Source of the DNA: Idiomarina loihiensis L2TR
GTDB lineage: Bacteria; Pseudomonadota; Gammaproteobacteria; Enterobacterales; Alteromonadaceae
Length of the DNA stretch: 32,000 nt
Direction: 5' to 3'
NCBI RefSeq assembly: GCF_000008465.1
Contig: NC_006512.1
Location: 2,760,001 to 2,792,000 of the forward strand
Shown: positions 25,268 through 32,000 of the stretch, piece by piece
Numbering within the stretch: the first letter of the stretch is position 1
Layout: each line of letters opens with the position of its first letter
Translations under genes and position numbers: made by a program
Notes under the pieces: generated by a model
Database searches by the model: none
Told to the model about the DNA's origin: nothing
Seen by the model: the letters and a program-made list of their open reading frames with translations, nothing else

Positions 25268-26490
25268 CCCGCGCTACTTGTAAGATAAAAGCCCATTCCG
25301 CCTAGCAGCCAAAGAACACTGATACCACACAGCCCATTCATAACCTTGTCACCTAAAGACGAACCGCCGCCATGGTCATGATGATGGTGGTGTTCGTGTT
25401 CTTTTTGCTTCTGCCGCCAAAGCACAACCATAACCACGCTCAGCAGTAAGAAAATAAGGTTGAGAACAAAACCATAGTCCAACTTAAAGTGCTGTTGTTC
25501 TGCCGGAGAGGACCACTGCGACGCATCCGGCAGTAGATCAAACGCCAGTAAACCATAATGCATAGCTAAAGACGCCGCTACCAGGCAGGTAAATAGCATT
25601 AAGGTAATATACAGTGCCATTTTCCAGCCATAATAACGCGCATTAATTTTAACAACCGGCAGTACAATTAAGTCGGAGAAAATAAACGCCATAACCCCGG
25701 CAAAGGCCACACCTTCACCAAACAAAACGGCCGCTAATGGAATGTTGCCCATAGAACCAATAAAGGTGAAAAATGCAGCCACCGGACCCACTATCGCTTG
25801 TTGAAGTAACGACCAGAAACCCGGGTCACCCTCTGTACCCACACCAATAAACAACCATTCAAAAAACGCACTAGGCAAAAAGGCTGAAATAACGCCGGCA
25901 ACGGTAAAACCAATGAGTACGTCTTGCCAGACCATTTGCCATTCCATTACGTACTTTTGGCCAACTTTCTGCCAGGTATCCTTACTGAAAAGATCCGATA
26001 ATGTGCTCTCGTGTTGATGTTCGTCGTCCTCTTCGTCTTCTTTTCGCGCATTCTTAATTAGGTTTTTAGGGTTGGTTAGCGTAATAAAGAGCCAGACGAA
26101 TAGAATTAGCAACAACCCGCCAACGTATTCACCAACTACAAACTGCCAACCAAGGAAAATAGAAATAACAAAACCCAGTTCAATAACCAGATTCGTGGAG
26201 GCCAGCATAAACGCCATTGAAGCACTGAACGCAGCCCCTTTGTTAAACAAAGCCCGGGTGGTTGATAGCGCAGCAAAACTGCAGGAACTGGAGATAAAGC
26301 CAAAGAAAGTACCCAGCGACACAGACTTAAGATCATTGCCGCCCATAGCCTTGCGCATTCGCCGCTTAGTGATAAGCACTTGGATTAAGCTACTGATTAA
26401 ATAACCTAATACAAACGCCCACAGCGCCATCCAGAAAAAACCCAGGCTGGTATAGGCCGACTCACCCCATAGCGATAGAAAATTCTCCAT
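25258..26490 (-). CDS. DUF318/ArsP-type permease with His/acidic-rich loops
   Basis: 410 aa, about 10 TM helices. The GFISSSCSFAALSTTRALFNKGA and ASTNLVIELG blocks are typical of the DUF318 permease family. A central loop reads KEDEEDDEHQHES and a C-proximal loop reads KEHEHHHHHDHGGG. AAGGAG SD. Confidence 0.7.
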   Translation of the reverse strand: MENFLSLWGESAYTSLGFFWMALWAFVLGYLISSLIQVLITKRRMRKAMGGNDLKSVSLGTFFGFISSSCSFAALSTTRALFNKGAAFSASMAFMLASTNLVIELGFVISIFLGWQFVVGEYVGGLLLILFVWLFITLTNPKNLIKNARKEDEEDDEHQHESTLSDLFSKDTWQKVGQKYVMEWQMVWQDVLIGFTVAGVISAFLPSAFFEWLFIGVGTEGDPGFWSLLQQAIVGPVAAFFTFIGSMGNIPLAAVLFGEGVAFAGVMAFIFSDLIVLPVVKINARYYGWKMALYITLMLFTCLVAASLAMHYGLLAFDLLPDASQWSSPAEQQHFKLDYGFVLNLIFLLLSVVMVVLWRQKQKEHEHHHHHDHGGGSSLGDKVMNGLCGISVLWLLGGMGFYLTSSAGQF

Positions 26491-26683
26491 GCTGGCTCCT
26501 TGGTCTGGTTAAATTATTTTAGAATTCAGCAGATTAAAATAAAAATATGACTACATTCAAAATAGTAGCTTACGTTAAGCCTGTCCAAAATTGATCAAAA
26601 CGCCTTGTTCCGTGACAGTCTCGTGACGTTTTCTTAAAAGAGCACTTTTGAGCCGCTTTCGTGTAGCCCCTTTTCATTTCCAG

Positions 26684-28003
26684 TTAAGCTGAGCTTTTAA
26701 TAAGAGTCTTTGAGTGTTCTTTATAGAAGCGCTGGCGGAAAAACCAGGCGGAACATACCATCAACACGCTACCCAGAAGAGCCGTAAAGTAAGCGCTCTC
26801 TAATAGAAAGTTTAGCCAACTTAGCTTTATTTCAAAGAAGTTACGGTACAGCAGTATACCGACGGTTCCCGCATAACCCATAGCATCCGCGATATAAATA
26901 AGAAATCCGGCATTAGCTTTGTCGTTTATCATCGATAACATGCGATCGAAAATAAGACAGTTAAAAGGAACATAAGCCAGATAAATCCCAATAGTTAGCG
27001 CTATCATCCATGATGAACCTGAAATTCCACCGCTTTGATAGAATAAGCTGCTAACACCTAAGAGAAGAAATCCCCCAATAACCATCAGATGGTTAACCAT
27101 AAATGCCCGAAAATTGTTTTTAATCCACATTATCGAGCTTAGCAAAAGTAGAACAGTCAATGACGTATACAGCGCAACGGAAGAAAATATTGCGGGTCTG
27201 TCGCCATACCCTAGTTCTATCCATATTTCTGCTGCAAAATTGTCACTGAAGTCGCGCATAGCGGTCAGTAATATATAACTGACGACCATGCAGCCCAAAC
27301 CTATCGAGTATTTCCGCACTAATTGGATCCTATCTTCGGATGTCATTGGCTCCCTTTTATGGCGTTCCTCTTTATCCTGGTGTGTCGGCGGGGGAATCCT
27401 GGAAAGAAAATATACGGAAATGAATAACGGGATAGTAAAAATAGCGCCCGTGGCAGCCGGCATCCAGTATTCGCTGACTTGTAAGTCCAGCATCAGGTAT
27501 TTACCGACGGTTTTTACGACACCAGAAGACACAATGAAACTAATAGATAAAATAGCACCCAAGACTTCCGTGGTTCTTCTTCCCTCTAAGTAACTGAAGA
27601 CCAGGCCCCAGATTATGCCTAACGGTAAACCGTTAAAGAATAGCGCGACTAGCTTCCAGTTCCCCGGCGCAACGGCAAAAGCCATAAGTGAGCACTGTGC
27701 TGCCATTACCAACGTGAGAATGGCAACACTGCGATAATTTGCCGTCATTTCCGATACGACTTTAATACCGACAAACTTGGATAGGGCGTAACCTAATACC
27801 TGCGCAATAATTAATGCACTTTTGAAATCGATCCCTGCAACGAACTGAGCCTGTTCGTAGCTTGCCACGGCAAAAGGCTTCCGGAACGCATACATACAAA
27901 AATAGGTCGAGAAAGCGGCACTTGAGGCGTAGAGAATAAACCAGAAGGTGTTACTGCGCTTTGTATTCTTAGTGAGAGAAACCATAAGTGCCATTCCTAC
28001 CAT
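26684..28003 (-). CDS. 12-TM MFS-fold-like transporter of unknown substrate (resembles the DUF5690 family from memory)
   Basis: About 440 aa and very hydrophobic with about 12 TM segments. It carries the blocks YFCMYAFRKPF and LGYALSKFVGIKVVSE. The track start (28018) is a TTG, so I list the first ATG (28003), but the start is uncertain. It lies 58-73 nt downstream of the DeoR gene on the same strand. Confidence 0.55.
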   Translation of the reverse strand: MVGMALMVSLTKNTKRSNTFWFILYASSAAFSTYFCMYAFRKPFAVASYEQAQFVAGIDFKSALIIAQVLGYALSKFVGIKVVSEMTANYRSVAILTLVMAAQCSLMAFAVAPGNWKLVALFFNGLPLGIIWGLVFSYLEGRRTTEVLGAILSISFIVSSGVVKTVGKYLMLDLQVSEYWMPAATGAIFTIPLFISVYFLSRIPPPTHQDKEERHKREPMTSEDRIQLVRKYSIGLGCMVVSYILLTAMRDFSDNFAAEIWIELGYGDRPAIFSSVALYTSLTVLLLLSSIMWIKNNFRAFMVNHLMVIGGFLLLGVSSLFYQSGGISGSSWMIALTIGIYLAYVPFNCLIFDRMLSMINDKANAGFLIYIADAMGYAGTVGILLYRNFFEIKLSWLNFLLESAYFTALLGSVLMVCSAWFFRQRFYKEHSKTLIKSSA

Positions 28004-28076
28004 TGTGAGAACGGCCAATATTACGCGCAGAATATGAAGAATTTATGTTACTACCCGACGCTAACCTGATAGCGGG

Positions 28077-28832
28077 TTAACGGCTACAAATAACCTCCAC
28101 TTGGGCATTATCGAGTGCAGATTTCAACGGGTCTTCGGGCGGTTTATCACAAACTATCGTATCAATTTGGTCAAAATCGGCCAGATGAACGGAACCAGCC
28201 CCACTAAACTTTGAAGAATCGGTCAGTACGACTTTTCGGCGAGCTCTATCAAGAAGTGAACGCTTAAAATTAGCCTCATCAATACTGAAATCAAGTAGCC
28301 CTATGTCGGAATGAATACCACCGATAGACAGAAATAGCAGATCGGGTGTGAACTGCCGAGCCTGAATAATAGCTTCCCGCCCGAAAGCGGCCCGGTAATC
28401 TGGATCAATTTGTCCACCAGTAAATGCTAACCGCCAATCATCGCGACCAATGACTTCATTTGCTACATCCAGCGAATTTGTCACTACCAGTAACTTCTTA
28501 GGTTTGGTCAACATTCTTGAAAACCAGTAACTGGTTGAACCACAGTCAATAAAAACCGTCATCCCATCTTCGACTAATTCGGTAGCTTTCTCTCCAACTT
28601 CTTTTTTAGCCGCAGCATTCAAACTTACGCGCCCTTGGTATGGGGGCTCTAGAGTTGAAGTGGAAAGACGAACTCCACCATGCACTTTAACCACTCTGCC
28701 GGTAGTTTCTAACTGCCGTATATCACGTCGTATGGTTTCTTCTGACACCTCAAAACGCTGTGAAAGATCGACAACAGACATTGATCTATGAAGCCTAATC
28801 AACTCCAACATAGTGATTAAACGCTCAGACAT
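28077..28832 (-). CDS. DeoR-family transcriptional regulator
   Basis: N-terminal HTH (LSQRFEVSEETIRRDIRQLE..G.V.KVHGG) and a C-terminal sugar-phosphate-binding DeoR_C-like domain. The start is ambiguous: Met at 28832 (MSERLITML, typical DeoR N-terminus), 28844 or 28880. Confidence 0.85.
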   Translation of the reverse strand: MSERLITMLELIRLHRSMSVVDLSQRFEVSEETIRRDIRQLETTGRVVKVHGGVRLSTSTLEPPYQGRVSLNAAAKKEVGEKATELVEDGMTVFIDCGSTSYWFSRMLTKPKKLLVVTNSLDVANEVIGRDDWRLAFTGGQIDPDYRAAFGREAIIQARQFTPDLLFLSIGGIHSDIGLLDFSIDEANFKRSLLDRARRKVVLTDSSKFSGAGSVHLADFDQIDTIVCDKPPEDPLKSALDNAQVEVICSR

Positions 28833-28980
28833 ATTCACATCCATCCCCACACGTTTATTGGTTGCGCGCATGTAATTCAATGAGTTAACAAGTTGCTACT
28901 TTAGAGCAGAAGTAAATCTTAATCCACTTCCAACATTAAAAACCACATAAACTCACATTATTAATAATTAATACAACAAA

Positions 28981-29014
28981 ATATCACACCACTGTCACAT
29001 TTTAATTCTATATT
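28981..29014 (+). promoter_or_regulatory. Candidate PhoB-dependent promoter: Pho box ATATCAC-ACCA-CTGTCAC, then 10 nt, then -10 TATATT
   Basis: Two 7-bp direct repeats at 11-bp periodicity (28981-28987 and 28992-28998). The second is a near-consensus half-site (CTGTCAT). The spacing to a -10 hexamer (29009-29014) matches what I recall for E. coli phoA. It lies 84 nt upstream of the receptor ATG. Confidence 0.45.
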
Positions 29015-29097
29015 GGCCTCGCTCAAAATCATAGCTGGAGGTGAAAGGTCATTTTGGTCCTATTACTTCCACGTTTAGCATACCTGGGGAGATACAC

Positions 29098-31443
29098 ATG
29101 AACGGCTACAAACGATTTGCACTTTCACCATTAATACTGGCAATAGCCTCAGCATCAGCGATAGCTGATCAGGATAAAGAAGAAACGAGTAAAAAAGACG
29201 AACAAATGGAAGAAATCATTGTTGTAGGTAAGAGACAGACTTTCGCCTCAAACACGGTTTCAATGGATATGATTTCACGTCGTCCAGCCAATGCTTCAGT
29301 AAACACTGTTGTACAGGAATTACCCGGAGTTATTGTACAGGAAGCTGATACCTTCGGTTCATCTGACTGGATGACTAACATCCGAATGCGAGGCTTTAAT
29401 ACCAATAACGGGCAAATTGGTACAACGCTTGATGGCTTACCAAACGGCGGCTCAAACTACGGCGGCGGTAGTAAAGCGAATAGATTTATTGACGTGCTCG
29501 ATCTTGAAACCGTGGAAGTCAGTCAGGGAACGGCGGATATCAGCTCGAGATCAAATGAGGCATTAGGTGGAACACTGAATTTCATTACTTCCGATCCATT
29601 AATGGAAGAAAACTTAAGCTTACTCTATATGGCAGGCGACCAGGACGCGAGTAAGTACCGTTTCCGTTACGACTCAGGTGAAATTAGTCCAGATACCTAC
29701 TTCTATCTCAGTGGCTCATCTTCGCAAAATAAGGACGTTTGGGATAATGAAGCTATCACGGAGAAAGATTATCTTACGGGTAAAATCACAACCATTATTG
29801 ATGGGTTTCATATTACAGGCTTCGCTACCTACAATTCGGCTAATGAAAACGAATATGAATATGTTTCTTTAGAAGATTATTATGAAAACCCTCGTCACGA
29901 CGGATTACACATGAACTGGACCGGAATTCCTGGTCTTGATGAAAACTATCGCGATGGCTGGCGTGCACTGCGTGATAATTCATTTTATAGTTTTCAGGTC
30001 GAAAAAGACTTTGGCAACTTTTCATTCAATACCGCCGTTTATTATCACAGAATGAAAGGCCGTGGTGACTGGATCCCTCCCTACATTACCGATGTCGATG
30101 GAGATGGAAACCTGGATAACGAACGCTCCGGTAACACAATTTATGGCGATTACGAGGGTGACGATATCTTTTTCGTTAACGCCGGTACAAATGTACCAGG
30201 TACATTGATTGACTCTTGCACTGGTCGATATGGTTTAGACGCTGAAAAAGATCCCAATTGTTATGATGGCAATGTCGAAGGGGTTGGCTCATATCGTACG
30301 TCAAATTATGCCAATCATCGTTATGGCATAACGGGGGATGTTTCCTACGACTTTGAAACTGGCAACATACAACATACCTTACGCAGCGGGTTTTGGTATG
30401 AAAACTACGATGCCGATGTAACGCGCTCATGGCATTTAGTTGAGAACTCGGCAATTAGCCCGGAATTCAATGAAACCCCTTACTGGATTCAATATAAAAC
30501 CGAAGCAAACACTAAAGAACTCATGTACTACGCTCAGGAAAAAGCGGTTTTAGGCCCGCTGAGCGCAAGTCTCGGCGTAAAACAATATCAGGTCGATACT
30601 ACGGTTGATCACTTCTATAACGATGACAGAACGGGTCAATTAGACTCCACTTCAGATCCGTTACTCTACGCAGGGTTAACCTATACAACACCGGTTAATG
30701 GTTTAGAGTTATTTGCCGGCTACTCTGAAAACTATAAATCCATTGTTCCTGGTATCATTGATTCCGGTTTATCTAATTCAGAACTGGGTGGCATTGATCC
30801 TGAAACGGCGGAGAACATTGAGTTAGGCTTCCGTTATATCAACAATGGCTTTAACGCAGCGGTTACCTTATACGACATTAAATTCGATAACCGAATTGTA
30901 CAATTGGATACTAGTGTATTGGATGGTATCGATTACAAAGAAGAAGTCGACGGCAGCTATGTGAACGTTGGTGGTCAGAAGAGTCGCGGCGCTGAACTGC
31001 TCACCTCATATCAAGTTACCAGCGGCCTGAGAGTTTCTGGGTCTTATACCTATAATGATGCTGAGTACCTTAGTACAGGTGATACCGGTCTTGACCAAGA
31101 CGCAGAAATTCGGGCTGGGAACCAAGTATACGGCGGACCAAAAACTTTCTTCACCATCGCAGCTGATTATGTCGGTAGCAACATAACGAGTGGAATCTCT
31201 CTGCGCCATATTGGGGATAGATTTATCAACTTTGAGAACTCAGCCACCGCGCCTGGGTATGAAGTGGTAGATGCCTACATTGGTACTGATATTCAGGGTG
31301 TTTCCTCCAGCATATCGGCTCTTCGCCTGCGTTTGAATGTGAATAACCTGCTCGACGATGAGTATATATCGGCTGTTGGCAGTAACAGTGTTTATCCCGG
31401 TTCACCAAGAACGGTGACTTTCTCTGTTAGTGCTGATTTTTAA
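29098..31443 (+). CDS. TonB-dependent outer-membrane receptor
   Basis: Start placed at MNGYKRFALSPLILAIASASAIA (ATG 29098, GGGGAGA upstream). The track's GTG at 29041 adds a non-signal-like extension. Plug domain (VEVSQGTADISSRSNEALGGTLNFIT) and a barrel ending ..SVSADF. Confidence 0.9.
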   Translation: MNGYKRFALSPLILAIASASAIADQDKEETSKKDEQMEEIIVVGKRQTFASNTVSMDMISRRPANASVNTVVQELPGVIVQEADTFGSSDWMTNIRMRGFNTNNGQIGTTLDGLPNGGSNYGGGSKANRFIDVLDLETVEVSQGTADISSRSNEALGGTLNFITSDPLMEENLSLLYMAGDQDASKYRFRYDSGEISPDTYFYLSGSSSQNKDVWDNEAITEKDYLTGKITTIIDGFHITGFATYNSANENEYEYVSLEDYYENPRHDGLHMNWTGIPGLDENYRDGWRALRDNSFYSFQVEKDFGNFSFNTAVYYHRMKGRGDWIPPYITDVDGDGNLDNERSGNTIYGDYEGDDIFFVNAGTNVPGTLIDSCTGRYGLDAEKDPNCYDGNVEGVGSYRTSNYANHRYGITGDVSYDFETGNIQHTLRSGFWYENYDADVTRSWHLVENSAISPEFNETPYWIQYKTEANTKELMYYAQEKAVLGPLSASLGVKQYQVDTTVDHFYNDDRTGQLDSTSDPLLYAGLTYTTPVNGLELFAGYSENYKSIVPGIIDSGLSNSELGGIDPETAENIELGFRYINNGFNAAVTLYDIKFDNRIVQLDTSVLDGIDYKEEVDGSYVNVGGQKSRGAELLTSYQVTSGLRVSGSYTYNDAEYLSTGDTGLDQDAEIRAGNQVYGGPKTFFTIAADYVGSNITSGISLRHIGDRFINFENSATAPGYEVVDAYIGTDIQGVSSSISALRLRLNVNNLLDDEYISAVGSNSVYPGSPRTVTFSVSADF

Positions 31444-31456
31444 CCAGATGTTAGGT

Positions 31457-31490
31457 AAGAGGCATTAGATTTCGAAATCTAATGCCTCTT
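31457..31490. repeat. Perfect 34-nt palindrome AAGAGGCATTAGATTTC/GAAATCTAATGCCTCTT between the receptor and phospholipase C genes
   Basis: Read directly: two 17-nt arms that are exact reverse complements. It starts 13 nt after the receptor stop and ends 1 nt before the AAGGAG SD of the next gene. No U-tract follows it on either strand. Confidence 0.9.
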
Positions 31491-31505
31491 CAAGGAGTTA
31501 CTTCT

Positions 31506-32000
31506 ATGGTCGATATTAGTCGCCGTCGGTTTCTTTTAGGGGCAGGAGCTGCCAGCGTAATGGCTTCTTTTCCCGCAATATCAAGAGCTTTGGCTATTCC
31601 TGCTGCGGTACGTACTGGCACGATAAAAGATATTGAGCACGTGGTTATTCTGATGCAGGAAAATCGGTCTTTTGATCATTACTTCGGTACCTTGTCAGGA
31701 GCACGAGGTTTTTCCGACCCTTATCCTGCACCAGCTAAATCGTTTGACCAAATCAAAGACCGTACGATATTCACGCAATTAAACCAAACTGAAATAGGCC
31801 CTAAATTTGTCACCCCATTTGCGTTAAATACACGCCAAACATTCGAACATATGCGTGTAGAAGGCACGCCTCATTCCTGGCCAGATGCGCAAGCGGCTTG
31901 GGATAACGGGCACATGGATCGTTGGCCAGAAGCAAAAAATCTGCACTCAATGGGTTACTTTGAGCGCGCGGATATGCCATTTCAGTACGCCTTAGCCGAT
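31506..32000 (+). CDS. Phosphocholine-specific (non-haemolytic type) phospholipase C / acid phosphatase family, Tat-exported (N-terminal 165 aa; continues beyond the window)
   Basis: My translation: MVDISRRRFLLGAGAASVMASFPAISRALA..GTIKDIEHVVILMQENRSFDHYFGTLSGARGF... This shows a twin-arginine signal (SRRRFLLG) followed by the conserved VILMQENRSFDHYFGT block of the PlcH/PlcN/AcpA phosphoesterase family. Confidence 0.85.
   Translation, partial: MVDISRRRFLLGAGAASVMASFPAISRALAIPAAVRTGTIKDIEHVVILMQENRSFDHYFGTLSGARGFSDPYPAPAKSFDQIKDRTIFTQLNQTEIGPKFVTPFALNTRQTFEHMRVEGTPHSWPDAQAAWDNGHMDRWPEAKNLHSMGYFERADMPFQYALAD

Noticed and set aside
26491-26560. Searched for a second Zur box upstream of the His-rich permease (e.g. 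GAATGTAGTCATATTT on the minus strand)
   Set aside because: It lacks the GTTATAATATAAC core and dyad symmetry, so the match is too weak to call.
28953-28975. AT-rich stretch CACATTATTAATAATTAAT, including the 12-bp palindrome ATTATTAATAAT (28957-28968), considered as a Fur box for the third TonB receptor
   Set aside because: My hand alignment gives only about 11/19 matches to GATAATGATAATCATTATC. AT-rich palindromes of this size are expected by chance in a promoter region. It could equally be a DeoR operator, which the sequence alone cannot decide.
29041-29097. GTG-initiated 19-codon extension of the third TonB receptor
   Set aside because: The extension (MKGHFGPITSTFSIPGEIH) is not signal-peptide-like. 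The ATG at 29098 is preceded by GGGGAGA and starts a canonical signal peptide.
937-31408. About 45 short ORFs (60-131 aa) in the track that lie inside or antisense to the large genes, for example 3880-4221(+), 3891-4214(-), 7763-8158(+), 9008-9352(-), 16512-16838(+), 19000-19350(-), 23553-23855(-), 26072-26404(+) and 27288-27593(+)
   Set aside because: All of them overlap genes with strong family signatures. They have biased R/S/C/L-rich, low-complexity translations typical of shadow frames, and they lack SD sequences. I treat them as non-coding.
1-32000. Looked for CRISPR arrays, rRNA/tRNA genes, IS elements, integrases, phage or defence-system genes
   Set aside because: There are no spaced direct repeats and no intergenic gap large enough for a structured RNA gene beyond those discussed. 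Every long ORF has a recognisable housekeeping, transport or regulatory identity, so nothing supports a mobile or defence element.

Overview
A densely packed 32-kb chromosomal segment that looks like a marine gammaproteobacterium. The Alteromonadales-like assignment is an inference from E. coli-like yihG/srkA/dsbA synteny, gamma-type LexA and Zur operators, and gene content. I can support 28 protein-coding genes, two of them cut by the window edges. I saw no rRNA, tRNA, CRISPR array, transposase, integrase or phage genes. Left third: an SOS-regulated imuA/sulA-like gene, yihG acyltransferase plus an MscS-type channel, ccoG-srkA-dsbA, an M20 amidohydrolase, an ahpC-ahpD pair divergent from oxyR, and an FMN glutamate-synthase-like protein. 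Middle: a translationally coupled PQQ-dependent sugar dehydrogenase and YncD/PqqU-like TonB receptor, a DJ-1/PfpI protein, a sigma-54 two-component system divergent from a sigma-54 promoter that drives a small secreted DUF4168-like protein, and an AlsS-like TPP enzyme. Right half: a metal (probably zinc) locus built around a textbook Zur box, with a His7-CDF plus GST on one side, a TonB receptor-DUF1624-MerC-like operon on the other, and a His-rich DUF318-type permease converging on it. Beyond that lies an apparently lower-G+C block in which a DeoR regulator and MFS-like transporter are divergent from a Pho-box-like promoter driving a TonB receptor and a Tat-exported phospholipase C. The best candidates for undescribed biology are: (i) the Zur-controlled receptor-DUF1624-MerC-like module as a non-ZnuABC metal import route; (ii) the ZraPSR-like sigma-54 circuit whose output is a DUF4168 protein; (iii) the Pho-box receptor-PLC-DeoR-transporter locus; (iv) the dehydrogenase plus putative PQQ importer pairing. 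All family assignments come from motif recognition by eye and recalled reference sequences. No searches were run, so each needs HMM/BLAST confirmation.
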